From positions 1,210,615 through 1,274,614 of the forward strand of contig CP074575.1 of assembly GCA_018394315.1 (NCBI GenBank): a DNA stretch of 64,000 nt. The letters are read 5' to 3'. Shown here piece by piece: positions 40,449 through 51,311 of the stretch. The position numbers and the translations under genes were made by a program. Under the pieces are notes generated by a model that did no database searches, was not told where the DNA came from, and saw only the letters and a list, made by a program, of their open reading frames with translations. How positions within the stretch are numbered: the first letter of the stretch is position 1; every line of letters begins with the position of its first letter. This DNA comes from Mycoplasmatota bacterium (lineage in GTDB: Bacteria > Bacillota_I > Bacilli_A > MAG-NZ).

Positions 40449-41210
40449 ATGAGAATTATGAGATCTACAAATCCTGTTTTTAGAGGAATAAAAGGTAATG
40501 AAGTTTTTAGTACATCTAATTCAGCTACTTACGGAGGAATTACATCAAAGACATTTCTTTTATTTCTTATAGCAGTTACAACTGGTTATTTTACTGCTAG
40601 TAATGTTGAGTTTGTTTTAAGTAATAGTTGGATAATGCTAGTATCAATGATTGCAGCATTCGTCTGTGTAATGATTTCTAGCATAAACCCTAGAGCAGCG
40701 AAGATTTTTGCACCTTTATACGCTGCATTTGAAGGTATGCTACTAGGAACAATCATTTTATTTATTTCAACCTTATCAACTGTTTCAACAGCTTATGAGG
40801 GAATAGTTTTAAATGCTGTACTTATAACGTTATCTATATTCTTAGTTATGCTACTACTATATTCTACAGGTGCGGTAAGAGTAGGACCGATGTTTAGAAG
40901 AGTGATGATGGGTGCATTATTTGGATTGATACTCTTTACATTCTCTACTTTTATAATAGGAATATTTAGTCCAGGATTTAGAGAAATGATTTATGGTAAT
41001 ATGCAATTGATGTTGTTAGTTTCTTTGATTTCAGCGGCTTTAGCATCTTTATTCATATTAATAGATTTAGATAACTGTACCAAATTAGTTCAGGCATCTG
41101 CCCCTAAAGAATATGAATGGGTTGCAAGTTTGGGATTAATGGTTACTATAATTTGGCTATTCCTTGAAATATTAAGAATTCTAATAATATTCGCTAGCCG
41201 TAGAGACTAA
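40449..41210 (+). CDS. Bax inhibitor-1/YccA-like membrane protein
   Basis: SNP-like N-terminus, LYAAFEG, APKEYEW..SLGLMVTIIWLFLEILR. Confidence 0.85.
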   Translation: MRIMRSTNPVFRGIKGNEVFSTSNSATYGGITSKTFLLFLIAVTTGYFTASNVEFVLSNSWIMLVSMIAAFVCVMISSINPRAAKIFAPLYAAFEGMLLGTIILFISTLSTVSTAYEGIVLNAVLITLSIFLVMLLLYSTGAVRVGPMFRRVMMGALFGLILFTFSTFIIGIFSPGFREMIYGNMQLMLLVSLISAALASLFILIDLDNCTKLVQASAPKEYEWVASLGLMVTIIWLFLEILRILIIFASRRD

Positions 41211-41285
41211 AATAAATCAACTGAGACATAAACACATTACAATACCCCCTTCTTACGTAAACTAAAGTGAGGAGGGGATTTTTTA

Positions 41286-41600
41286 ATGAAAAACTATGGA
41301 AAAGAAGATATGAAATATATGAACATGGAAGAATATGAAATGAAAAAAGACTATAAAGAAATGCCGTATCAAGATCAGCACATGTGTCATCCACATGGAT
41401 ACCATCATGGACATCATTGTGGATGTGTACCTATGCCACAACCAAAATGTAAAGTAGTTCATAAATATCACTATGAAGACTATCCGGTTTGCGTTCCGGT
41501 TCATACTCATTACGTCAATCATATAGTTAAAAAACCAAAATTTATTCCAAGATATTCTTGCAGTGAAGAAGTTCAATGTGACATACAAAGACCGTGCTAA
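41286..41600 (+). CDS. CotD-like His/Cys/Pro-rich spore coat protein
   Basis: PKCKVVHKY...PVCVPVHTHYVNH...PRYSCSEE pattern resembles the CotD family; RBS GAGGAGG. Confidence 0.6.
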   Translation: MKNYGKEDMKYMNMEEYEMKKDYKEMPYQDQHMCHPHGYHHGHHCGCVPMPQPKCKVVHKYHYEDYPVCVPVHTHYVNHIVKKPKFIPRYSCSEEVQCDIQRPC

Positions 41601-41664
41601 AACATATATTTGACAAATTATAGTTGATTTAATAGGATAAATAATATAAAATATTAAAGAAATC

Positions 41665-41880
41665 GAAGATAAAGGATTAGTAATCGCTAGAATCATTTTT
41701 AAGGGAGAGGGTACATTAACTGAGAGTGCTCTTAAAATGAAACGATGAATTCACCTTTGGAGTGGTGTTAATAGCATCCGCATTCTTGGCGTTATAAGAT
41801 TTGAGTGCATAGTTTTTGCTATGAACTAAGGTGGTACCGCGATAAGAAATCGTCCTTAGAGAAGGACGATTTTTCTTTTT
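41665..41880 (+). promoter_or_regulatory. T-box riboswitch, Phe specifier (UUC)
   Basis: AGGGAG...CTGAGA stem I, GAA-TTC-A at 41750-41752, AAGGTGGTACCGCG, terminator AAATCGTCCTT/AAGGACGATTT. Confidence 0.95.
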
Positions 41881-41900
41881 AGAGATTTAAGGAGGAAATT

Positions 41901-42935
41901 ATGAGTATTAATGAAAAGCTGAAACAAATTGGTGAAGAGGCTAAGAAAACTATTTCTATAGTAGATACTATTCATGATTTGAATAATGAAAAAGCAAGAT
42001 ACCTTGGAAAAAAAGGGTTAATGGCTGAATTCATGAAGATGATGAAAGACGCTACTATAGAAGAGAAAAAAGAGATTGGGAAGGCCTCAAATGAAGTAAA
42101 ACAACTTATAACTAAGTTGTTAGATGAGAGAAAAGAGTATATAGAAAATAAAAAGGTGGAAGAAAAATTAGCATCGGAATCACTAGATGTAACTTTACCA
42201 GGGAAAATAAGTAACGTTGGTGTAAGGCATATATTAAATCAGGTTACTGAAGAATTAGAAGATTTATTTATTGGAATGGGATATATAATCCAAGAAGGTC
42301 CTGAAATTGAAATTGATGAGTTTAATTTCGAAAAACTAAATTTACCTAAGGATCATCCTGCTAGAGATATGCAAGATTCATTCTATATCTCAGATGAGCT
42401 ATTGCTTAGAACGCATACATCTCCCGTACAAGTTCGTACAATGCTAGAGTATGGCGGTAAAGAAGCAATAAAGATCGTATGTCCTGGGAAGGTTTACAGA
42501 AGAGATGATGACGATGCAACTCATTCACATCAGTTTATGCAATTTGAAGCTTTAGTTGTTGATAAAATGACTACATTAAGTGATTTAAAAGGTACTTTAC
42601 TAGAGTTTGCTAAAAAACTATTTGGTGATGATAGATCAATTAGACTTAGACCATCATACTTTCCTTTTACAGAACCTAGTATGGAAGTTGATGTTTCGTG
42701 TAGCAAGTGTGGCGGAAGTGGTTGTAATATGTGTAAAGGTACAGGCTGGATAGAAGTGCTTGGTGCTGGAATGGTAAATAACAATGTATTAGAATTATGC
42801 GGATATGACTCTAAAATTTATCAAGGATTTGCTTTAGGGATGGGTGTAGAAAGAATTGCAATGCTAAAATATGGAATTGATGATATTAGACACTTCTACA
42901 CTAACGATCTTAGATTTTTAAAGCAATTTAAATAG
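41901..42935 (+). CDS. pheS: Phenylalanyl-tRNA synthetase alpha subunit
   Basis: [25 protein letters not shown]. Confidence 0.98.
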   Translation: MSINEKLKQIGEEAKKTISIVDTIHDLNNEKARYLGKKGLMAEFMKMMKDATIEEKKEIGKASNEVKQLITKLLDERKEYIENKKVEEKLASESLDVTLPGKISNVGVRHILNQVTEELEDLFIGMGYIIQEGPEIEIDEFNFEKLNLPKDHPARDMQDSFYISDELLLRTHTSPVQVRTMLEYGGKEAIKIVCPGKVYRRDDDDATHSHQFMQFEALVVDKMTTLSDLKGTLLEFAKKLFGDDRSIRLRPSYFPFTEPSMEVDVSCSKCGGSGCNMCKGTGWIEVLGAGMVNNNVLELCGYDSKIYQGFALGMGVERIAMLKYGIDDIRHFYTNDLRFLKQFK

Positions 42936-42945
42936 GAGGAAAATT

Positions 42946-45300
42946 ATGAAAGTTTCATATAAATGGTTAAATGAATTTGTTGATGTTGATATTCCTTATG
43001 AAGAACTGGGAAATAAATTTTCTTTAATGAGTCAAGAGGTAGCCGGAGTTTATAGTTTAACTGATGCAACAAAGATAGTTGTTGGACATATTATAAGCAA
43101 AGAAAAGCATCCAGACGCCGAGAAGTTAAGTGTTTGTCAAGTTGATGTTGGACACCCAGTTCAAATAGTATGTGGCGCTCCAAATGTTGAAACAGGACAA
43201 AAGGTAATAGTTGCTTTAGTTGGAGCGGTACTAGCAGGATTTAAAATCAAGAAAGCAAAGATTCGTGGAGTTGAGTCAAATGGAATGATCTGTTCACTAA
43301 ACGAATTAGGTATTGATAAAAAGTACGTTGACACTAGTGGAATATATGTTCTACCAGAAAACTCTAAGATAGGGAGTAACCCATTAGAAGTATTATCTTT
43401 AGATGATGAGGTTATGGAGTTAGATTTGACTCCGAATAGAGGAGATTTACTAAGTGTAATGGGAGTAGCATATGATACTGCTGCTATCCTTAACAAAGAG
43501 TTAATGTTGAAAGTACCTCAAATAGTCGAAGTTGATGAAGTTATTGATTTCAAGATCAAAATTGAAACTAAAAAGTGTATGTCTTATTATGCTAGAGTTA
43601 TTAAAAATGTCGAGATTAAGGAATCTCCTGATTGGTTAAAAGCTCGTTTAATTGCAGCAGGAGTTAGACCTATTAACAATGTTGTAGATATTACTAATTA
43701 TGTAATGCTTGAAACTGGACAGCCTCTTCATGCGTTTGATTTAGATAAGTTTGAAACAAGAGAAGTTGTGGTTAGAACAGCTAATGATGACGAAGTAATC
43801 AAGACTCTAGATGGGCAAGATAGAAACCTTTTGGTGGATGATATTGTAATTACTAATGGAAAAGTACCTACTGCATTAGGTGGAGTTATGGGTGGATATG
43901 ATACCGAAATAGATGAACATACTAAATATGTATTATTAGAATCTGCTACTTTTGATCCGATATCAATAAGAAAAACATCAAGTAGATTAGATTTAAGAAG
44001 TGAATCTTCAATGCGTTTTGAAAGAGGAGTAGATCCAAACAGAACTATTCTCGCATTAAATAGAGCTTCGGAAATGTTCCAAAACTTAGCTTCAGGAAAA
44101 GTCTTATCTGGAGTGAGTAATGTTGAAAATAATAACTTAGATGACAAGGAAATAAAGATAGATTTAACTTATGTTATTAACTATGTTGGATACAATTATA
44201 GTGTTGACGATATTGAATCAGTATTTGATGCATTAAATTTTGAATACAGTAGAGATAATGAATCATTTATTCTAAGTATTCCAAGTAGAAGGAAAGATTT
44301 GGTTACAAAACAAGATTTAATTGAAGAGATTGTAAGGATACATGGCTATGATAAAATTCCTTTAACACTTCCAAAGACTGTTTCAAGAGGAGGACTTACA
44401 ACTTCTCAATTAAGAAGGCGAAAAATAAGAAATTTACTACAAGGATTCGGGATGGATGAAGTTATATCTTATTCTCTAATAAATAAGGATAATCTATATG
44501 ATTTTACAATCGAGGAAACTAACTATACCGAACTTTTAAAACCGATGAGTATAGATAAGAGTGTTATGAGACATACGCCTTTAAATGGGTTAATAGATGC
44601 TTTAAAACATAATATAGCAAGAAAGAACAAAGATTTATCTTTATTTGAGATAGGAAGTAAATACCTTGATACGGAAAAAATGGCTGTATGTGGGGTGTTA
44701 AGTGGAGTTCAAAACCAGTTATCTTGGAAAGGTAATTATGAGTCAGTTGATTTTTATTATGTAAAAGGTATTATTGAATCTTTATTAAGTAATCTAGATG
44801 TTGAAGTGAAATATGCTAAACCAGAAAAAACGAATGTTAACTTTCATCCAGGTCAAACTGTATACATTTATCAAAATAATAATTTGATTGGTTTTATAGG
44901 TAAATTACATCCGAAATATCAAGCTTTAAATGATTTGAATGATACATTTATTTTTGAGTTAGTTTTAGATGACATTAAATTTCAAGAGGAAATTAATAAA
45001 TTTGAATCTATTCAAAAATATCCTTCAATGGAAAGAGACATAGCTATTGTTGTTAATAGAGATATCAGTGCTTCTTTAGTGTTAGATACTATTAAAAAAG
45101 CAGGAAAAAAACTTCTTAAAGATATAACTATATTTGATATATACACTGGAGAAAACGTGGGTGAGTCTGAAAAATCAATTGCGTTAAAGTTAGTGTTTAT
45201 GGATAAAGAAAGAACATTAGAAACTGAAGAAGTTACTGAAAGAGTAAATAAGATTATTAAAGTATTAGAAAAGGAAATCAACGCAAAATTGAGAGATTAG
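42946..45300 (+). CDS. pheT: Phenylalanyl-tRNA synthetase beta subunit
   Basis: IVCGAPN, LTPNRGD, INNVVDITNY, RFERGVD, C-terminal anticodon-binding domain. Confidence 0.97.
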   Translation: MKVSYKWLNEFVDVDIPYEELGNKFSLMSQEVAGVYSLTDATKIVVGHIISKEKHPDAEKLSVCQVDVGHPVQIVCGAPNVETGQKVIVALVGAVLAGFKIKKAKIRGVESNGMICSLNELGIDKKYVDTSGIYVLPENSKIGSNPLEVLSLDDEVMELDLTPNRGDLLSVMGVAYDTAAILNKELMLKVPQIVEVDEVIDFKIKIETKKCMSYYARVIKNVEIKESPDWLKARLIAAGVRPINNVVDITNYVMLETGQPLHAFDLDKFETREVVVRTANDDEVIKTLDGQDRNLLVDDIVITNGKVPTALGGVMGGYDTEIDEHTKYVLLESATFDPISIRKTSSRLDLRSESSMRFERGVDPNRTILALNRASEMFQNLASGKVLSGVSNVENNNLDDKEIKIDLTYVINYVGYNYSVDDIESVFDALNFEYSRDNESFILSIPSRRKDLVTKQDLIEEIVRIHGYDKIPLTLPKTVSRGGLTTSQLRRRKIRNLLQGFGMDEVISYSLINKDNLYDFTIEETNYTELLKPMSIDKSVMRHTPLNGLIDALKHNIARKNKDLSLFEIGSKYLDTEKMAVCGVLSGVQNQLSWKGNYESVDFYYVKGIIESLLSNLDVEVKYAKPEKTNVNFHPGQTVYIYQNNNLIGFIGKLHPKYQALNDLNDTFIFELVLDDIKFQEEINKFESIQKYPSMERDIAIVVNRDISASLVLDTIKKAGKKLLKDITIFDIYTGENVGESEKSIALKLVFMDKERTLETEEVTERVNKIIKVLEKEINAKLRD

Positions 45301-45333
45301 CCCCGTAAGGGGCTTTTCTAGGGGCTAGAAAAA

Positions 45334-46503
45334 ATGAATAAGAAAATAATATATATGCTAATATTCTCAGCATTTGCTTTCTTTGCAACGAATTTTCAAC
45401 ATGTAGTAACACCATCATATTTGAATACAATAGGATTAAAAGAGAGTCATTATGGATTTTTATTTGCTTTTATGGCGCTTGGGATGAGTATTTCTTCTCC
45501 AATCTCGGGAAGAATAGGAGATAAATATGGTACAAGGCTAACAATCTTCTTTGGCTTTATTGGGTATGCTATAAGTCAATTTCTATTTGGAACCTTTACT
45601 AATATTTATGCTTTAGTTTTTGTTAGACTTACTGCAGGGTTATCCATTTCAGCATCATCAACTAATATGATTAGTTACCTCACTAAAGTTTCAACACCTG
45701 AGCGCAGGGCTAAAGTTATGAGCTATTACGTTGCAGGGATACTCTTATTTGTATCAGTTGCATATAAATTCGGTGGAGAATTGGGTATATTCCTTCCCGC
45801 AAGAACAGTTATTTATCTTCACGCTCTTACGTGTTTAATAATTGCTTTTATTTCTCTATTATTACCTAATTTGAAGGGGAACAGTCAAGTAATCGAAAAG
45901 GTTAAATTTAAAGAAGTGATTAATGGTAAGTTGTTAACATTGTTATTTGTTAATTTATTAGCTGTGATGGCTTTTACGTCATCTGTTAGATTTATGGAAG
46001 TATATGTAATAAACATCGGCTTCACTACTCAAACATTAGGGAATTACGTCTTCATAAGTGGATTAGTGACAATAATATTTACATCATTAATATTACCTTT
46101 TATATCAAGTAGAGTAAAAGAGCCCATAATTATGAAGTTGTTATTACTTATTGGTGGGTTAGCTCTTTGGTCTACTTTCAATTTATTTGATAATATATTA
46201 ATTGGACTATATTCTACGTTTATTCTTTTTAATATGGTGAAGTCAGGTTATGATCCAATGCATAACTCGTACATATCAAAAATTGATGAAGACAACCAAG
46301 GACAGGTTATAGGAATAAGTCAATCATTTAAAGCACTAGGTATGGTTTTAGGACTAATTATTGGTGGATATTTATATGCATATGATAAAGAATTAGTTTT
46401 CAACGCATCAGCAGTTTTAATTTTAGTTGGTTTTATTATTTTACAGCTAATTAAAGGAGATAAAAATGAAAGTAAGATCTTTGGCGCACCAAACATTAAA
46501 TAG
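45334..46503 (+). CDS. MFS transporter
   Basis: About 12 TM; motif A GRIGDKYGTR. Confidence 0.88.
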   Translation: MNKKIIYMLIFSAFAFFATNFQHVVTPSYLNTIGLKESHYGFLFAFMALGMSISSPISGRIGDKYGTRLTIFFGFIGYAISQFLFGTFTNIYALVFVRLTAGLSISASSTNMISYLTKVSTPERRAKVMSYYVAGILLFVSVAYKFGGELGIFLPARTVIYLHALTCLIIAFISLLLPNLKGNSQVIEKVKFKEVINGKLLTLLFVNLLAVMAFTSSVRFMEVYVINIGFTTQTLGNYVFISGLVTIIFTSLILPFISSRVKEPIIMKLLLLIGGLALWSTFNLFDNILIGLYSTFILFNMVKSGYDPMHNSYISKIDEDNQGQVIGISQSFKALGMVLGLIIGGYLYAYDKELVFNASAVLILVGFIILQLIKGDKNESKIFGAPNIK

Positions 46504-47704
46504 AATATTCACAAGTAAGGAGTATTCTAATATAACTATTAATAATGTTTTATCTAACAATGAATTGAATGATAAGGATAAAAGATTATACACTCAAATA
46601 GTTTACGGAGTTTTAAAAAATAAAATATTACTAGACCATTACTTGAAACCTTACTTAAAAGGGAAAAGTTTAAAAGATTGGATGCGTCATTTACTAGAAA
46701 TGAGCATTTATCAAATGATATTTTTAGATCGAATACCAAAGTATGCTATTTTGAACGATGCAGTTGAAGTTGCTAAGAAAATTGATTTTAATTCAAGTAA
46801 ACTTATTAATGCTGTACTTAGAAATTTTGACACTGAGAATCTTAATGAGCCACTTAAAGAGGAAATAAGATATTCGATTGATGAATGGTTATTTAAACAA
46901 ATCAAAGGTCAATATAAAGAAGAGTATATGGATATCTTAGATTCCTTTAATAAAAATCCTAAGGCAAGTGCAAGAGTCAACTCATTAAAAACCCAAAGAT
47001 ATAAGTTATTAAATGATAGAATCCATGAGTCAAAAGTGACAAATACAGGTATTATTTTTGATTCGGGTAATATTTCACATACTAATGCGTACAAAAAGGG
47101 TTTAGTAACAATTCAGGACGAGGCTAGTCAGTTAGTTGCAAGAATGTTAAATCCCAAAAAAACAGATAGAGTATTAGATGTATGTGCGGCACCTGGGGGT
47201 AAAACCACTCATATTGCTGAAATTATGAAGAATCAAGGTCAAATTTTAGCTAATGATATTCATGCACATAAAATAGAGTTGATTAAACAAAACGCGACTA
47301 GATTAGAATTAACTAATATAGAATACTCTAATCATGATGGGACGAAACTAAGAAAAATCTATACTAGGGAGTATTTTGATAAAATATTAATTGATGCTCC
47401 TTGCAGTGGATGGGGAGTCATTGGAAGAAAGCCAGAACTTAAATATAATCAGAATGAAAAAAAAGTTGAAGAAATCAGAAAAATCCAGTCTGATTTATTA
47501 GAGAGTAATGCCCCTTTACTTAAGGTAGACGGTTTCTTGGTTTACAGCACATGTACTATTAATAAGGGAGAAAATGAAGTGCAAATCAGGAAATTTCTTG
47601 AAGAAAATAATAATTTCACATTAGAAAAAGAAAGAATGATTTTACCACATGAAAACCATACAGATGGTTTCTACATTGCAAAATTAAAGAAGGTGACAAG
47701 ATGA
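46466..47704 (+). CDS. rsmB: 16S rRNA m5C967 methyltransferase
   Basis: NusB-like N-terminus; QDEAS, LDVCAAPGGKT, DAPCSG, YSTCT. Confidence 0.95.
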   Translation: MKVRSLAHQTLNRIFTSKEYSNITINNVLSNNELNDKDKRLYTQIVYGVLKNKILLDHYLKPYLKGKSLKDWMRHLLEMSIYQMIFLDRIPKYAILNDAVEVAKKIDFNSSKLINAVLRNFDTENLNEPLKEEIRYSIDEWLFKQIKGQYKEEYMDILDSFNKNPKASARVNSLKTQRYKLLNDRIHESKVTNTGIIFDSGNISHTNAYKKGLVTIQDEASQLVARMLNPKKTDRVLDVCAAPGGKTTHIAEIMKNQGQILANDIHAHKIELIKQNATRLELTNIEYSNHDGTKLRKIYTREYFDKILIDAPCSGWGVIGRKPELKYNQNEKKVEEIRKIQSDLLESNAPLLKVDGFLVYSTCTINKGENEVQIRKFLEENNNFTLEKERMILPHENHTDGFYIAKLKKVTR

Positions 47705-48714
47705 TCTACGATCTTACTCTTACTGAGTTAATAAGTTACTTTGATGATATTAACGAGAAGAAGTTTCGAGCTATTCAAGTCTTTGAATGGTTATATAAGA
47801 AAAGAGTAAAGAGTTTTCAAGAGATGACCAATATAAAAAAAGATTTACTTCTTAAACTAGCAAGTGATTTTACTTTTCCAACCCTAAAGCTTGTTGATAA
47901 ACAAGTATCTAAGGATGGAACTACAAAGTATTTGTTCGAGTTAGAAGATAAAAATACAATTGAAGTTGTATTGATGAAATATCAGTGGGGAAATAGTTTA
48001 TGCATAACTACTCAAGTGGGGTGTAATATTGGATGCGCTTTTTGTGCAAGTGGACTCTTAGGTAAATTTAGAGATTTATCAGCAGGAGAAATAGTTCTTC
48101 AAGTAATGAAAGTAGAAGAAATTGAAGATTTAAGGATTTCTAACATTGTAATTATGGGAATTGGTGAACCTTTTGACAATTATAATAATACAATGAAGGC
48201 AATAAAAATCTTAAATCATCCGAAGGGGTTTGAGATTGGTGCAAGGCATATCACTGTGTCTACGAGTGGAATTGTCCCAAGAATTTATGATTTTGCTTTA
48301 GAACCGTTTCAAGTGAATCTAGCAATAAGTTTACATGCGCCTAATGACTCATTGAGGAACGAATTAATGAAAATCAATAAGGTCTATAATTTGGATGAAT
48401 TGATAAAGGCTTGTAAAGATTATATTAATAAGACGAATAGAAGGATAACTTTTGAATATATATTGCTTGATGGAGTGAATGATTCTTCTATGCACGCTAA
48501 TCAACTTAGTGATTTAATTAGAGGAATGAATGCTTACGTAAATTTAATACCTTATAATGAAGTATCAGAATTCAAGTATAAAAGAACAGAAAAGGAAAAT
48601 GCTCTTAAGTTTTATGATATACTTAAGAAAAGAGGTATAAACGTAACTCTAAGACAAGAGAAAGGGATAGATATTTTTGCTGCTTGTGGTCAGTTGAGAA
48701 GTAAAAATATGTAA
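47701..48714 (+). CDS. rlmN: 23S rRNA m2A2503 radical SAM methyltransferase
   Basis: CITTQVGCNIGCAFC, MGIGEP, AACGQL. Confidence 0.96.
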   Translation: MIYDLTLTELISYFDDINEKKFRAIQVFEWLYKKRVKSFQEMTNIKKDLLLKLASDFTFPTLKLVDKQVSKDGTTKYLFELEDKNTIEVVLMKYQWGNSLCITTQVGCNIGCAFCASGLLGKFRDLSAGEIVLQVMKVEEIEDLRISNIVIMGIGEPFDNYNNTMKAIKILNHPKGFEIGARHITVSTSGIVPRIYDFALEPFQVNLAISLHAPNDSLRNELMKINKVYNLDELIKACKDYINKTNRRITFEYILLDGVNDSSMHANQLSDLIRGMNAYVNLIPYNEVSEFKYKRTEKENALKFYDILKKRGINVTLRQEKGIDIFAACGQLRSKNM

Positions 48715-48717
48715 AAT

Positions 48718-49572
48718 ATGAGAGGATTAATTATTAAATTAATTGGTGGACTTTACACAGTTAAAGTTGAAAATGAACTTGTTGAGTGTAAAGCAAGAGG
48801 AAAATTTCGTCATTTGAACCAGTCACCGAAAGTTGGGGATTTAGTTGAATTAAATGATGATTTTATTATGGAAATAGAAGATAGAAAGAATGATCTTGCT
48901 AGACCCCCAATAAGTAATGTAGATCAAGTTATTTTAGTCTTTAGTGCCACTCAACCTAAAATTAGCTATTCACTATTAGATAGATTTATAGCTTTGATTA
49001 CTTATAATAATATTAATACTGTATTAGTTGTTACAAAGATAGACTTACTCAGTGAAGATGAATTAAGTTCTTTGAAAGAAGAATTAAGATACTATGATTC
49101 TGTATTAGATATTGTTTATACAGCTTCTTTGAATAAAATTGGTACAGAAGACGTAGCTAAATTATTTAAGGATAAAATAAGTGTTTTAGCGGGTCAATCA
49201 GGTGTAGGAAAATCTACATTGCTTAATTCCATTGCGGGATTAGATATTAAAACACAAGAAATAAGTAAAGCATTAGGAAGAGGAAAACATACAACTAGAC
49301 ACATCGAATTAATTGAAATAGAAGGCGGTTTAGTAGCTGACACTGCAGGGTTTTCTTCGCTAGATTTTGATGATATGGATGAGGTTGCATTATCGCACAG
49401 CTTTTCTGACTTTTTTGAATTAAGTCATGACTGTAAATTTAGAGGCTGTCTTCATCTGAACGAACCAAAGTGCAAGGTTAAAAAGTTAGTTGATGAAGGT
49501 GAAATTCCTGCATCAAGATATGATAATTATGTATATTTCATTGAAGAAATAAGATCTAATAAGAGGTACTAG
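48718..49572 (+). CDS. rsgA: Ribosome small subunit-dependent GTPase
   Basis: TKID, GQSGVGKS, GKHTTR, DTAGF, CKFRGCLHLNEPKC. Confidence 0.96.
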   Translation: MRGLIIKLIGGLYTVKVENELVECKARGKFRHLNQSPKVGDLVELNDDFIMEIEDRKNDLARPPISNVDQVILVFSATQPKISYSLLDRFIALITYNNINTVLVVTKIDLLSEDELSSLKEELRYYDSVLDIVYTASLNKIGTEDVAKLFKDKISVLAGQSGVGKSTLLNSIAGLDIKTQEISKALGRGKHTTRHIELIEIEGGLVADTAGFSSLDFDDMDEVALSHSFSDFFELSHDCKFRGCLHLNEPKCKVKKLVDEGEIPASRYDNYVYFIEEIRSNKRY

Positions 49573-49586
49573 TTGAGGTGGAAATT

Positions 49587-50204
49587 ATGATATTAGCTCC
49601 AAGTGTTTTAGCAGCAGATAAAGAAAATATTGAAAAAGAAATTCAAGAATTAGAAGAGTATGACGTTAAATGGCTTCATTTGGATGTGATGGATGGATTG
49701 TTTGTTCCAGCTAAAACATTCGGTCCCGACTTTGTTAAGAGAATTAGAAATATGACTAGTATGTTTTTTGATGTTCACTTAATGATTGAGAAACCAATTG
49801 ATTATATTAATCATTGGATTGACGCGGGAGCAGATTTAATTACTTTTCATTTTGAAGCTGGAAATGACCCAATTAAAGTTATTGAGAGAATTAAATCTTT
49901 CGGTGTTAAAGCAGGTATTAGTATTAAGCCTAACACCAAAGTAGATGAAATTAGGGATCTACTTCCATTTGTTGATTTGGTATTAGTAATGAGTGTTGAA
50001 CCTGGTAAAGGTGGACAAAAGTTTATAAGTAATTCTTTAGAAAAAATCAAAAAGTTGTCTGGTGGAGATTATTTGATTGAAGTAGACGGTGGAATCAACG
50101 AATCTACTGGAAAACAGTGTATAGATGCTGGTGCTGATGTTTTGGTAGCCGGTACATATGTTTTTAAAGATAAGAATAACATTAATATACTGAATAAATT
50201 ATGA
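49587..50204 (+). CDS. rpe: Ribulose-phosphate 3-epimerase
   Basis: APSVLAAD, HLDVMDG, DVHLM, MSVEPG, EVDGG. Confidence 0.96.
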   Translation: MILAPSVLAADKENIEKEIQELEEYDVKWLHLDVMDGLFVPAKTFGPDFVKRIRNMTSMFFDVHLMIEKPIDYINHWIDAGADLITFHFEAGNDPIKVIERIKSFGVKAGISIKPNTKVDEIRDLLPFVDLVLVMSVEPGKGGQKFISNSLEKIKKLSGGDYLIEVDGGINESTGKQCIDAGADVLVAGTYVFKDKNNINILNKL

Positions 50205-50785
50205 TTGTTAGGATAATAGCAGGAGCTCCATCGGTTTACTTAGATAATTTTTCTAATGACTATGTTATTGCGGTAGATTTTGGTGTTGAACATGCAGTTG
50301 TAAACAATATTAAGATTGATTTGGCTGTTGGTGATTTTGATTCAGTTGACAAGAAATTATTGACTGGACTGAAAACTGTAGAATTGAACCCAGTAAAGGA
50401 TGAGACAGATCTTTATGTAGCTGTTTTAGAAGCCATTAAGCTCAAACCAGATAAAATATATATTTATGGCGCCACAAATGGTAGATTTGATCACTATTAT
50501 GCAAATATTAATTTGTTAGATTTATATAATATAGAGATTGTAGATGAAATAAATAGGATTTACATAATGCACGACTCGGCTGTGGTGAAAAAAAAGAATG
50601 AATATGTATCATTTTTTCATTATTCAGGTAATCCCGTTATTAGTTTATTAGGTTTTAAATATGAACTTAGAGACTATAAATTAGAATTTAGAGACAATTT
50701 GTGTGTAAGCAATGAAGTGATGGAAGAGAAGGGAATAGTCAAAGTAACTAATGGTAAAATATTAGTCGTTCATAGTATTAAATAA
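50201..50785 (+). CDS. thiN: Thiamine pyrophosphokinase
   Basis: GDFDS, KDETD, GATNGRFDH, SNE; syntenic with rpe and rpmB. Confidence 0.92.
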   Translation: MIVRIIAGAPSVYLDNFSNDYVIAVDFGVEHAVVNNIKIDLAVGDFDSVDKKLLTGLKTVELNPVKDETDLYVAVLEAIKLKPDKIYIYGATNGRFDHYYANINLLDLYNIEIVDEINRIYIMHDSAVVKKKNEYVSFFHYSGNPVISLLGFKYELRDYKLEFRDNLCVSNEVMEEKGIVKVTNGKILVVHSIK

Positions 50786-50823
50786 TAAGATTTCTCATAT
50801 TATTATACTGAGGAAGTGATTAA

Positions 50824-50904
50824 TTGAAATTATATATAATTAGGATTCCGTCTTTTCTAGGGTCGATAATAAATGGTTTTATTAGTTTATTTAAAAAAAA
50901 ATAA
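50824..50904 (+). CDS. spoVM: Stage V sporulation protein M (26 aa, not in the ORF track)
   Basis: TTG start, MKLYIIRIPSFLGSIINGFISLFKKK: 26 aa, Pro9, FLG, amphipathic helix; located between thiN and rpmB as in B. subtilis; RBS GAGGAAGTG; sigmaE-like -10 CATATTAT at 50796-50803. Confidence 0.88.
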   Translation: MKLYIIRIPSFLGSIINGFISLFKKK

Positions 50905-50929
50905 GGCATACCTTATCTTGGGGTATGCC

Positions 50930-51130
50930 TTATACTCTATTTAATTTACCTGATTTCAAGCCAGATTTTAATCCTCTAGCTGATACGTAAACAGTTTTAA
51001 CTTTTCCATCCTCTTCAATTTTGATTTTTTGAAGATTAGGTTTGAATTGTCTTTTAGTAGTATGAAGTGAGTGTGATTTATTGTTCCCACTTACTGTTTT
51101 TTTTCCAGTAATATAACATTCTTTAGCCAT
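50930..51130 (-). CDS. rpmB: 50S ribosomal protein L28
   Basis: [10 protein letters not shown]...GNNKSHS...[10 protein letters not shown]. Confidence 0.97.
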   Translation of the reverse strand: MAKECYITGKKTVSGNNKSHSLHTTKRQFKPNLQKIKIEEDGKVKTVYVSARGLKSGLKSGKLNRV

Positions 51131-51311
51131 TCGAATACCTCCTTACAATCTATCCATGCCTTAATAATATATCATATATTGAACTCTAATGCAACTATAT
51201 TTATTGTTTTCTATTTAATGTAAAAATAGAAATACTTTGAAAGCCAAATCAAAATTTGATATAATTGTTTTAATATGATAAACTACTGTGTGTAAAATAA
51301 TGGGGGTTATT

